Below are positions 48,317 through 61,204 of a stretch of 64,000 nucleotides of DNA, one piece after another. Position 1 is the first letter of the stretch, and the number at the start of each line of letters is the position of its first letter. Location of the stretch: positions 1 through 64,000 of the forward strand of contig NIVC01002815.1 in the NCBI GenBank assembly GCA_002269645.1. The letters run 5' to 3'. Below the pieces are notes generated by a model. That model had not been told where the DNA came from. It worked only from the letters and a program-made list of their open reading frames with translations, and ran no database searches. This stretch comes from Macrostomum lignano (taxonomy: Eukaryota). A program made the position numbers and the translations under genes.

Positions 48317-49556
48317 TTTTCTAGCTGTGGTGGCTGTTAGCTGGTAACTGCAATCTTGTTATTATTATCATTCAGTAAGCCCTGTCTCTTAACTTATTAT
48401 TCAATTTTCTTCCAAGTCAACATGACCTTCTCTTTCTATCCTAAATAATAATTGAGATCCAGTTAAGCCTCAATATTGTTTTGTTTATCTAAAACGGATT
48501 TTAGCATTCACCTACCTGCTTAGCTTGTAATTTTATCAGAATTCCGGGTGATGAATTCTTTAGAGCAGCAGTTGATTTTCTGCGAGCGAAACTATTTCCC
48601 CTGATTTTATGTGTAACCTTGTTAATATCTGTTCATTACAATCGTATTTTAACTTGATCAGACCGCTAAGATGCTGCGATGGATAAAGTTAGTGCGAAGG
48701 TGTTATTTACTTTTTAGTGTATGTGAAAAATGATTTTAACTTAGCACAAATATAAAACTGAAAAAAACCTCTCCTTCACATTCACTTGGGAGTTGAAGAA
48801 AACGAGAAAACGATTTGATTGATCTTAAACTTTTGTTGGTTTAAACTTGTTTCATTTTTGCTGGCATTTCAAGTTCTGTTTGCTGCCTAAAATTGTTTTC
48901 GAAATTGTTCGCTGCCATTTTCATAATCATTGATGCCTGTATGCCCTCCGTGTACATGTACCGTGGTTGAGCCAGTTACCCTAAAATATTGTAGCTCTTT
49001 AGCATTCAGTATGCATAAGCTCAAAATAATAATATAATAATTGATTACACCTGCCCTAATGGCCAGATGTGCAACCAACAGCTCAGCCTCAGCTGTATCT
49101 GAAGGCTGTGTACGGCTGTTCAGTCCAAGGACTGGGGGTCGCCACACACACCCTCAATTGTACCATGACCTTTGTGCCCGCTGGGCACTATTCTTGCCTT
49201 TTAATGCCATAGACTACATTTAAGCCCGCTTGCAGGAGTCAAACTTACTTTAATGCAAATTAGCGGGCAGTTAATGACATTAAACCCCCGATTATCTATG
49301 CCAAACTTACTTTAATGCAAATTAGCGGGCACGTAATGTCATTAACTGCCCGCTAATTTTGTCCCACTTTGTCAAGGACAAAAATGTCTAAAATGACACA
49401 GAGGGCGCCGTTAGGCGCCCGAGGATTTCTCATTAACGCCCGCAAAGCATGGGTATTACTATTATTGTGCCATAGACATTTGGCATAATAACGGCGCCCT
49501 ATGATTTTCCCATTAACGCCCTTAAAGCATGGGTATTAATGTACCTAAGGTACTAT

Positions 49557-49687
49557 TACCCCAGCTAATTCTGGTACCCATTTTACAGCTGGGTGAACTG
49601 AAGCAATGCAGAGTTAAGTGTCTTACTCAAGGACACAAATTGTTCCGAGTGGGTCGAGAGACGCTCTAACCACTAGGCTATAGCCCC
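49557..49687 (-). mobile_element. tRNA-derived SINE with Meta-domain-like core
   Basis: Minus strand: GGGGCTATAGCCTAGTGGTTAGAGCG (A-box-like head), then GTGTCCTTGAGTAAGACACTTAAC...CACCCAGCTGTAAAATGGGTACCAG. Confidence 0.6.
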
Positions 49688-50230
49688 TTCATGGAATTTT
49701 CACAGAACTACAGTGAGCTTGTCACACGGTTTTTACGAGCGTAATTTGCATTCATATCGAAACTCGCCTAAATGTTGTCCCAAACTGAAATTCTTCCTGG
49801 ACTTTGTGATTTAAACACTGTCCATTGATCTACCGGTCATTTTTGTAGATTTTATCCAGTACACTGCTCCAGCAGATGTTGCAGTTTTGTTTTTGATGCG
49901 TTGAAAAAATTAAGCCAGAGACAACAGAGAACTCTATTCAATATTGCGATGCTGCGCTTTTAAATTGTCAGGTTTGGGACAGCTGTGCCAGAATTCGCAC
50001 AGCTCGGCGCTGGGGTGACTAACAAAGGTGGTTATCTCAGTTTTCCACATCAACTATAGCGGACTAGGGTGGCTGTGCGGGGGAAGGATAAGATGTACCT
50101 TTCTGTTTGCTAGTTTCAGTTGTAGAAAAGTAGTATATCAGTATTTTTGCAGATTAGTCTGTCTCAAGTCTCTCAGGCTCCACCCTTGGCTTCTAAATTA
50201 AAAAGTCCAGTTTTGCAGTTGTCAGTCCAG

Positions 50231-50937
50231 TCAGATCTTGCACTGGTAGTCGCAGTACTTCATAGACTCCCAGCAGGGGTTCTGGCAGCGCCAGTCGTTC
50301 TTCCCGCAGCCAAGTTCCTTCTTGCACAACTTGTAGTTCTCCTCGCAGCACTTGTTGCACCGCGCCTCTTCTGGGTGCTTCTCGTAGCAGTAGAGCTGCG
50401 GCTGCTCGGCTGAGAACGAGGAGCGCTTGTTGACTCCGCCGACTGCTCCGGCGATGGCGATTGCCATGAGCAGACTCAGACCACTGTGGGTGATGAGAAA
50501 AGCGTTAGTTTAGCTTTTACAGCCGTGTTATGGCTGACAATCTGTGTGCTAGATAAGCTGTCAAAATGGCATTAGTGAAATTGGCACTTACAAAATCTGG
50601 TTGACGGACATGCCGAATTTGCTGTAGCAAGATTACGTCTGACAAATTGGTTTGAGACCGAACGGTAGGTTGCACCTGAAAACTTCAGAGGCGGCGGGTC
50701 CTGCCTTCGGTGCCTGCTTAGCTGATTTATTGATGCAAGGGCGGGCCTCTCCCCTTGCTTGAGTCTATTGCTGAACCAATCGAAGGCTTCGGCCTATGGC
50801 GTGAGTAGTGCCGATACTCGCGTACTGAAGTGCACCTACTTTAGTTAGGAATTTCTGTGACTGATAAACGGTGACAATCTTTTCACGGCTGGTGAGCGCT
50901 TTGTAACCGAACTGACGTTTAATCCTGCTTACTTCAT
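50231..50937 (-). CDS. Secreted 10-Cys peptide precursor, 85 aa. Exons 50933-50937 and 50231-50483
   Basis: gccATGAA|gtaagc donor joins cccacag|T in phase 2, giving MNGLSLLMAIAIAGAVGG-VNKR-SSFSAEQPQLYCYEKHPEEARCNKCCEENYKLCKKELGCGKNDWRCQNPCWESMKYCDYQCKI. GC-rich coding-like composition. Confidence 0.8.
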
Positions 50938-51265
50938 GGCGAGTTCAACCAACTTACATGTACGTCATCACTCGAAGCGCAAGAGCAGTTTTTCATTATC
51001 AATTGTATTTTATATCAATTTCAAAAAGTATTCATACCTTTATCAAATTTTTTTTATTAATTTCAAATATTATTTTAACAGTATCTAATATCTTTATTTC
51101 ATTATCCAATAATATTTACGCCAATATCAAATACAGCTTCAGGAAAAATTGTTGCATACTTTAGCTCGTAGAATCATCACTACGAGCACATCACTAACAG
51201 TAGTTTCTTAGGGAAATTTAAATAACCTTACAAGTTTTGAGAGTTGCAATTCGAGTGTATGAAAT

Positions 51266-52693
51266 TCATATCAGTTTAAAGCAGTAGTACTCGATGATCA
51301 GATAGCTCGTATATGGCGGGCACTTTGTCCCCAACAAACTCTCGTCGGCGGTGGCCTGGCAGCTCCGTTTGCCTTGACAGAGTCGTCGGATCTTATGCAC
51401 AGCGTCGGGGTCCGTGCACCACTGCCTGAGGTACAGATGGCACTGCCACTGGTTCTGGCGCCTGCCATAGAATACGTAGCTGACCACGACTTGGTGCCCC
51501 CTTGGACACCGTAGCTGAATAGTCTCTCCTGGGCAGAACAGAGCTTCTTGAATTTGGCCTGAGTTACATTATATGGGTGATCAGTACATGATACAAATTA
51601 CTATGCATGTACACCCAGGAACACTAAACTGCTACCCTATCACACAATGAGTGATCTGGAGCTCTCTTGAAGGTCAGCTGCGTATTATACGCAGTCATCT
51701 CTGCTTAACTTTGCTGTATTCAATTAGCAAACGACTAAAAGGCCTTATAAATACAATAATACAAAAGTACTTAAATAACTATGCGCTATTATTTCATTGA
51801 TAAATTAACCAATTTCATAAAGTACTTTTGATTGAATGGCAAAGTACGTACGACATAGCCTACAGTTGTGCATGAAGAACTAAGTATTCGCAGGAGGGCT
51901 GCGGGCACCCTGCAGCGCAACGCCTTCGACGACATCATCCAACAACCAGCGTCGAGGCAATTCTGCCTATTCCCCTGCCTCCTGAGCACATGCAAGTTCT
52001 CCAATACTGTATGCAGACGTTCTCATACACGCTCACACAGGGTGTACAGCAGCCCCTACTTTCTAATCGCCAGGCATGTACACTCTCTGTGACCTTGGGG
52101 GTAGGACCTCATGGGTATGAATCGTACGACAACCCCTAGCACCATTATTGGTGCACAAGCCCGAATGAATGTAGCCGCCCACTAAATCAAACCAATTGGG
52201 TTGTGGGCCTGTGGCGCAAGCTGCTCTGCCAACCGCCCCTATACACTTGTTAAGTGGACTGGTTTGTGCGGCGAAAGTGCACAAACCGGCTTTAGTGCCC
52301 AGCGCGTTGATTGTACATCGCCGCCTGCCCCCCCCCCCTTGGGTGGCAGGGGTGTTTTTAAACCCCCGTCGCGCTCTACTGGCGGCTCACTTTGCCTTCT
52401 CGCAGTGAGTTCGTGTTTTTATTGCTTTTGTTGCTGGAAGCACTAACTGTTTATATTAAGCCGTTACCTGTTTACCCAACGTTGATTTTATTCAGATTGA
52501 TGAAGTACAACTTCAAATACTTCAGATTGGATAAAGTACCTTAACTGCTACCGAACGTCGCGGAGTAGTCATGACTCATATGCTGAAAACATGAGTAATG
52601 TATATATATAGCTAATCTTGTAAACTCAAGTTACTCACCAGCACTGAAGCCCGTTAGAAATGCTGAAATTGCAATAACTGCATGCAGCCTCAT
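51266..52693 (-). CDS. Secreted single-domain SUEL/rhamnose-binding-type (Gal_lectin) protein, 115 aa. Exons 52639-52693 and 51266-51558
   Basis: Signal-peptide exon MRLHAVIAISAFLTGFSAG|gtgagt joins in phase 1 to CPGETIQLRC..VVVSYVFYGR..C..C..CQGKRSC..LLGTKC...YLIIEYYC; 8 Cys in SUEL spacing. Confidence 0.85.
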
Positions 52694-54478
52694 TAGTTTT
52701 GCCGACTGACAACTATTGCAAGGTGTAGTTCATAATAGCTCCTTTGCCATGATCAGCTAGAAACTGAACATTCAAAGTTGAAAGCCTACAGAACAAAGAT
52801 AGTTTGGGCCATAGGAGCAAATTTCTGAGCGAAAAACGTGATTGAGAGACAAACTTGAAGTCGCCACCAACATGCAATATATTGCCATAGACTGTGTAAA
52901 AAGATTGAGAGCCAGCATACGAATTTATGAAAGCGGCTTTGCCCTGCAGATACCACAGAATATACACAGAATGGCGAATCGGCAGTTCTCTATGAAAGCG
53001 AAAATAAATGCGCTTGCACTACTAACGTTGTGAAGCTGATAAATAGCAGCGATTTTTTTAACGCAAAGTTGAATGTAAAATTCGAGCTCAAGATAGCCTT
53101 TGAAAGCTTTGAGTCGTAGTTTTGACGCTGCAGATGAATGCTGCGCTATCCTTGTAATTTAATTTGTTCATAACGGTGCGTGCGCAAAGTCATGAGCAGT
53201 ATAGTAACAACTGTTATAACCTCATTGCCATGTATATGTAAGCTAAAAAACAAAAGTAACAAACATATAACAACAGGTTAAGTTCTTCGAGGACGACAGG
53301 GATTTTGTGCAGCCCCTTCGTTTGAGCAGAAAAACACATTTGAAGATCTAAAACTCACTGGTTTGCCACTTATCTGCCAAGTGACTGCTTGCATCAGTAT
53401 TTATTGTAAAACTGAGAATATCAGGACTGATGAATTATTGGCGACCAGTGATTTTTATTTATTGGTTGTTCACCTGTCCCAGAAGTCTGTGCTCAGTTAT
53501 CACTTATCAGACTTGTAGCACTGATGCTAATCAACTCGTTTAAAAATATGTATCTCAGAGACTACTCAATAACTAGTATGTATCTATCTTTATTCTAATA
53601 GGCTTTAGCTTTGGATGTCCCATTTCTAATTCCGCATGACTAAAGCAGACTACCGAGCATAAGACAGAATGCCGAATTTGCAGTTGAAATCATAATGCAG
53701 CTCAACGGGCTTTAATATGAATAAATTAATTAATTAAAATTTTACTTGCTAATTCAAAACTGAGGGCATAAACATTTTTAAGCGTATGAAGGTAAAAAGT
53801 CCATGGCATTTCAGTTTTCACTTCAAATAGCACTACGTTCCAAGGCTGCATGGGGCGTGAAGATGGTATGATGGATTGAAACTTGAAGAGTCGTACAGTC
53901 GATATAAAAAATAATCGTGGGAGAATAAATATATAATGCATTTCTAATATATAAAAATATTATTAAGAAAACGTAAAATTTTATTGAAAAAATGGCGCGG
54001 TTTTTATACTTTTGATTGGGTGATTAGTTCACGAGCTACCGTTGTCTTTTTTATGGACATCGTTAAGTAAGTAAATCACAATGAACCTTGTGTATCAAAA
54101 AGCAAAATCAGTTCACATTCATTTGCCTGAGAGTTATTTCTAGTTCCACTTCTGAAATATCTTAGTCAGTTTTGGGTGTTTTGCTTAGTGACTACATGTG
54201 CTTTTGCAGTCGAAACTATATTCAGATGCTTCGAGTAGAACAGCTGGTTTATAAAAGAAAAAATAAAATTGGAATGCAATATATGCCACTTCACTGCTAA
54301 TTGCTTTAAAAACAGACTTTTAGCTATAGCTCGTAGTAGAAAAAAGTAGCTTTTACTTGGGGCCAAGTTTGTTATCTTACTTAAAAAGTTAGTCGGTCAA
54401 AAATACCCTAAGCCGACGTTCGGACGCAAATCTCAGATGTTATTATCCTTGTGATTGATTTTCTCCTAAAATTTAGAG

Positions 54479-57400
54479 CTACATTTCTTCTGCACCAGCT
54501 ACAGCAGCGGTTTCAACGTCATCCTGCTCAGATTTGTTGTCAGGCAATTTGGAGCTGACGTCACCCAGTTGACAATTTTCCTCTGCATTTTCACTCGGCT
54601 GCTCAGCACAATTTCCGGTCGTGTTGCCGAAGCGGCGTTTAACTAGCAGATAGGCGGCCAGCAGCAGGGCGAAGTAAGGCAGCCTGGCCAGCATGGGGAT
54701 GCCGTTAAACAGAATCCGAAGTCGCGTCCTGTCGTACAGCAGGCAGTTGCGTTCTCCAGCTGAGCCGCTGGTGGCTACCAGGCACGCGGATTCATAAATA
54801 CGACCGCAGAAGCCGCCCATGATGGAGGCTGAAAGGTCATCAAGTGCTTTCAAGTGCTTTTGTTCAATTCAATTTGATTCTTGTTCTTCATCGGAAGCCT
54901 AGGCGATTTTAGACACAGAATGGGGCTGAGGACGGGCCAGAATATTTGCGGTTCTAGGTTCTAGCGGGTCCTTGTTAAAGGGTACTTGTGCTTAGGCAAG
55001 TCACCTGTGTTGTAGAATGAATAAGCCAGTCAGTCTGCAAGTTTGTAGGCGAAACTCTCAAGCTCTCAAACTCTCCACGCTCTAACTTATGTATCATACG
55101 CTCGTATATTGTACTGCGATCGATAGCTAAGAGGTGTACACACAATTACGCACACGCATAGAGTAGCGATCGACACAACAACCTGCTGTTGTCACATCGT
55201 ACAGGACAAAACTTTGTTTGTGAGCGCGATTGTTAAGAAAAATGAATGCGAAATTTCTAACCAGTTGGTTGTAACTCTGACAATCAATGATGCGCCCAGA
55301 CATCAATTGCGCTGGCGAATCCAGTGGGTTCCACTCGACATTTAGGGACATTAATTCCTGGGACCCTCTAAGCCATAGCCATAGGCAAGTCTCAATATGG
55401 AAGACTTGCACAATATGGTGTAAGTCTCAAAAATTTTCAAGTACCCGATGGGTTCAAGCATTTCACTACTCATTAACATGCATCTGGGGTGCATGTTATT
55501 GCTTAGTTTTAGTCATTTGTGAAAAAATATTCATTGTCTATACCTCCAAAACCATATAGACAATCTACCAATGATGCACGGACCATTGAGAAACAATGGT
55601 AGGTTGTGCATATGGTTTTGGTATATGGCTTCGCCACTCGTGAAGAATTAATCATTGTCTACCCCCAAAACTATATGCACAGAAACATTGTCTCATGAAT
55701 GTATGTTTAATAGCCTTGAATAATGATTTCGAAGCGTTGAATAACTAGCGTACGGCATGGGACATTGATGTTTGTCATGGAGACTTAAGAAAATAAGAAG
55801 AAAATAAAGCTTAGGACAGCTTTTTATGAGTTTTTGCATTACCCTCGTACTGTGCTTTTTTCACAAAAGTTTATCCATAAAGTAAAAAAATATCGATAGG
55901 GTTGTATGTATGGAGCCTTCTATTCCTATAGTTTAGTTGAAAATATCTCAGCAATGCAATTAAGTATTACTAATATGTTACCGGCAAGACTGAAGAACAG
56001 CGAGATAATCCCGACACCCATGGCCTCGTCGTCCTTTGAGTCTGTCACTCTAAAAATCGTACGGTTCCTCTTTTGATTATTGCCTAATAAATGCCACAGC
56101 ATCAAATTTTTGCAACATGCGCACCTCATCACTAGTAAGAACCATGACACATACGACAGGCCGTCAACAAAATGTGCGATGAATTTCAGCACGGAGAAGG
56201 CATAGACCATGTCGCATACACCGTAGCAACTGCCTGCCAGTGCAGTGCTGCTGACAAGGCCTTGTTCAGCGGAGTCCGTTAAACTGTAGTTTACAAATGC
56301 CTGTTCTAAACAGTTGCAGTTGCTAAACACCATCTCCGTAGGCTGGCATCGGAAATAAGTTATAATGAGTAATTACTTAATAAAAGCAATTGATTAGCAG
56401 AAACAGATCTTCGATAATAACAAAAGAATTTGTACCTGGTGTGTCCCGTTCTCAGCAACTGCTACAGACATTGTCCCTGTACACCCAGCATGACACGGTG
56501 ACATGTATAAGTTTCCATCAGCTCCGCACACTGGCAGATTGTTCAAGAGAGTGGCATCGCATCTGCACTTTGCAGCGCAGTCGGAGACGCTACTGACGTT
56601 GCTGTCCATTGTTTCTGTGAGGCTGTGACGGCGGTTATCGTCTTACGAGCTTTATGGAAATAAAGCCGTTTTGCACTTTTTGGCAAAAATGAATGCCGAT
56701 GTACGAATCAACGAACGGTTAATGTTGCCTTTTTTATAAATACACATGGATATATGAAATGAGCCATAGGATCAAAGTTCTAGACTCGATGATTTCACTA
56801 ACTTTCCTTTAACGTACCTGGGATCATTCTTACGTGTACAGGTAGTGGGAACCAGTACCCTGCATGATTGAAAAATCTAGCGTGATTACGTTACACATCT
56901 ACAGCGATGCATTGGTAACTTTGGATGGATACATCCAGCACAATACCTTGATATTTTAGCATGTGAATATATCTGAGTGCACATCTTGTTCGGTGTTTTC
57001 TGAACGATGGCATTGAAATGCATTGACAAATCGATAGCACAAATAATCGAGATGAAAATATGTAATCTTACACGTCCGTATTGATCCTTTCGGAGGGACA
57101 GTCCAGAAAGAATGCTGGCGAATTCAGTACGGTGGTCACCAGAAAGATACCACAGATGAGTCGCATCATTCCAACCACGTCAAGCTGCAAGCGCGACACC
57201 AAGTAGCCTCCAGCTAGTGTTGCCAGTGCGGTTGGCAGCGCATAGGTGATGCCAACGTACTGTCCTGCTGCCGAGGGCAATACGTTAAAGTAGTTCTCGT
57301 AGTACTTGACAATAAACAACACTTCGAGACCTGAACCGAGCAAACTGACCACGCAGGACAGCATGACCAGCATGAGGATCGCATTGGTCATAGTGCGCTT

Positions 57401-58519
57401 CACGGCGAGTGACAAGTCGCGAAGACTGTGAAGGAATTTTGCGCAATTCCCGGCCCCGCGCGGCTGCGATTCGCACGACCTGTGGCGACTCATACGGCGC
57501 ACTATATTTGCCTCGTTTAGCGGAGTCTCAGGATGAGAGGCGTCCGGATCGTCTTCAGCATCACAGGGATCGTCTTTCTGCTCATCCGGTCTTTCCGAGC
57601 AGCAGAACGCGTCTTCAAGTTGGCGGGGAAACAGCAGCATGGGAAAGCCAAGCAGGCTGGTAAGCAGGCCGAGACTGAGAAACCCCAGCCACCAGTTGCC
57701 AATCCACATGCTGTCGGATTCACGCAGACCAGATTCGCCAAATGATTCGTGCAGTGCTAAAAACTGCCCGATCAAGTAATAGCCCAGCATTGGTGATATT
57801 GATCGAGCAGTGATGACCAGGCCGATGTAGATTGGCGACCGAGACGGGGTGGCTGAGTCCTCGACCATTGTGAATAGCACTGACCAAGAGGGGGCAGAAG
57901 CGGCGCCCTGAACGATCCCGACAATCATAAAGATGGCAAAGACTACTTTGCGGGCTTCAACTTGATTGGTCGCGGATGATTCCGATGTTGTTGAACCCAA
58001 CCTCGGATACTTGTTTGACTCTGAGGATTTGTTGAACATGCCTGTTGAGTTCAAATCGAGGATTTTTCCACGGCACAATAGGTCGTTGTTTTCAGCAGCT
58101 AATGCTTTCAGCTGCTCGCTGTCGTTCTTCCAGCCGAGCTGTTGATCCGTGAGAGTCAAATAGCGTGCAATCTCGGCGTTCGAGTACTTCGGGCCGTAGA
58201 TAAAATATGGAAGTGCGTAGGCAGCCGTGGACAGACCCATAACAACTGCGCCCAGGCCCAAAATGCGAGGCCTGTGACCTCGGTTGCCATAGAAACTAAC
58301 TAGCGTCACAGTTGCAGCGAAGCCAATATCATTCGCCACTATGATTCGCCCCGTGTCCTCTGAATCGAAACCAAAGCGCCGCTCCAGAGTTGTCGTCATG
58401 CTCGATAAAAACACGTAGGATGCGTTGTAGGCGATGCCTGCTGAGATGCTGACTAACAGAAAGCACAGCAACGACCGAATTTGTCCGGCGCTTCTGAAAC
58501 TGCTTTCGATTTCTGACAT
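54479..58519 (-). CDS. SLCO: SLCO/OATP organic anion transporter, ~756-770 aa. Exons 57072-58519, (56818-56859 candidate), 56436-56622, 56125-56342, 55982-56049, 54479-54828
   Basis: TTLERRFG, DIG..V..VSFYGNRGHRPRILGLG, DSMWIGNWWLGF, extracellular Kazal-like domain (PVCGADGNLYMSPCHAGC) and CLLYD. All junction phases are consistent. Confidence 0.93.
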
Positions 58520-59248
58520 AATTTATTACCTGAACTGTACAGTTCTGTTCTTTGCAGCTAATGCAACTTTGAGCATTAATTCCTCAGCGGTGCGATGGCG
58601 CCCAGCTTCTCTCGTCACTCTTCTTAAATTATATACGATACGCTTCTTCCGCTAACCAAGAGCTACCAGGAAAAGGAAAACTAAAATGACACGAGCCACA
58701 TCCAACGCCGCACCTCTCCTTGTGTGACCTCTTTTCATCTCCACCCCTCTCACCCTCCGCTATCGTTGCATCGTTTGCTGGGAAAGGCAAATTCTAACAA
58801 AATGTCTGTCGACAGGCGCACACGTAAAACCCAACCTTCCGAAGAACACAAATTCAGCACTGATGGCGACGTGCAATGAATTTTATCAAGCACATATTTG
58901 CCCAGTGTCCCCGCCCATGACTGATAAGTGCTTTATTTACTTAGCCACCATATTGCTGTCGGAATGTGTAAGGACTATTCGCTGGATTGCGCTCGTATGA
59001 CAGCCTACGTTTTCAACTTTTCCTGTTTTTTGTAGCCTAGCATCTCTTCTGCCCCGAAGGAGCCAGTCTGCTTTATTGTGGATTTTTCTTTTGTCAATTT
59101 ACTTAAAGTAGTCAGATAAAATTCATGAAATTCATCACAAATATAAGCACTAGGTATCATTGTGAGTGAGTGAATAGAAATAGTAGTAATAATAATAATA
59201 AAAATAATAATGATAATAATATAATTTATATATAATTGATAATAATAC

Positions 59249-59433
<185 letters not shown>

Positions 59434-60867
59434 CACAACATATACCTATACGTTATTCTTTTCAAAGCTGTCTACTCTTAGTAAGCTTAGTACTCATCAG
59501 CTTCTCAAAGAAAGCAATGAATTATTAAGCATTTATACGGAAGGCAAGACATAAAAGAAATACAGAAGAGGATTAAAAAGTTGAGAAAGTTGAGACGCGT
59601 TCAAAAAGTTGATAGCAATAGGAGAATGGAAGTTAATTGAAAAGTCACTACGTATTTTTCGATTAGCAAGATTGTCTGTTTTAGGTTTTAGGTGGAGATT
59701 CAGGGGCTGTTAAATCTACCCAGAAGAAACCTTGGCCTGTGACGCAACCTAACGAGCACGTGGCTAAAATTTAAGCAGATCAAACGTTCAGGTAGCTAAT
59801 TAGTCAACTTACTGCAATAAATTATGCATGTCAGGTCATAAATGCAGCCCAGCAACTCTGCAACAATAGCAAGCAGGCTTTCATCGTTTCAGACCACGCC
59901 CATTTGTCCCACGAGCTCTAAATAGAATGGCACACCTTGCACGACAACATTCTCACGGGAACACATTTGAGTTCGGCTAATTTAGCTTAATCCTTTCGGA
60001 TGAGAAAATTTTATGGCAAAACGCACAGCCTATCTGAGATAATTATAGCGTTGAGCGCATCATAGTCACAGTAAAAATGCAGTAGTCGAGTCTCACTGCC
60101 TTGCCTAACCAACGTATTACTAATTTTTACCTTGATATTACCTTGATAATAATAGAATGAATGCAGATTTTCCTGCCGAATACATGCGCAGTCAGGAGAT
60201 TCCATCTCTAAATTTATTAGAGTAGATTGAGCCAACAATATGCGAATTTTGATGGAGCCATGAATAGATAGGAGAAACCTGCCCATTCAATATTGAAGTT
60301 TTGCTTCTGAAGTGTGCCTGTGTGTCAACTCTCTCACGACACAAAGCAAAATGAGTAAATGAACAGCGACCCACCTCAGAATTCTGTCTAGAATTATGTA
60401 AAAATAAACATGCCAGTGAGAAGCTGCGATAGAGGCAGATAGTTGTGAAGCTCATGTAGTTAAGAGGGCGGACTGTTGAGACAGAAATTTGAGCACAGAT
60501 GTCGTGGGTCGTGGAAGAGTATTAGACACCCTCATTGGCAGTCATATTCAGGTGCTTTCATTGTTAAATTTCAGTTGTGGGCTTGTAATATTCGTTTTTT
60601 AATGCTCATTTAATCTATTGTGCATTGCACACACACTGCTCTAGTGAGTGCTCTACTGCCCTGTGCTTTTGTCCTCCGCATCAGTAAATTATTATAAGGA
60701 CTGGCGTCGCGAGTCTGGGTGAGTTTTTTTATATACACTCCACTTGTTAGCAATAAAATCTGTTGAAAAAAGCGAGAACATACTGGCTCAGATTAATATC
60801 ACTCTAGAGATGCAAACGGCGGGTAAGCAGCATTTTCATACCAAAAAATAAAGCTGAGCAAAATTAA

Positions 60868-61204
60868 ATTACTACAGACGGGGTCAAAACACCGCTATTA
60901 GAATGCAGGACCCCGATCGGAAAACTTGCATCATTACTATACTGACGGGGCCAGAACACCGCTATTAGAATGCAGAACCCCGATCGGAAAACTTGCATCA
61001 TTACTATACTGACGGGGCCAGAACACCGCTATTAGAATGCAGGACCCCGATCGGAAAACTTGCATCATTACTATACTGACGGGGCCAGAACACCGCTATT
61101 AGAATGCAGGACCCCGATCGGAAAACTTGCATCATTACTATACTGACGGGGCCAGAACACCGCTATTAGAATGCAGAACCCGATCGGAAAACTTGCATCA
61201 TTAC
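60868..61204. repeat. 5 x 67-bp near-identical tandem repeat
   Basis: GACGGGG starts at 60877, 60944, 61011, 61078 and 61145. Confidence 0.97.

Noticed and set aside
60868-61204. CRISPR-like regular array
   Set aside because: Whole 67-bp units repeat with no unique spacers; eukaryotic context and no cas genes.
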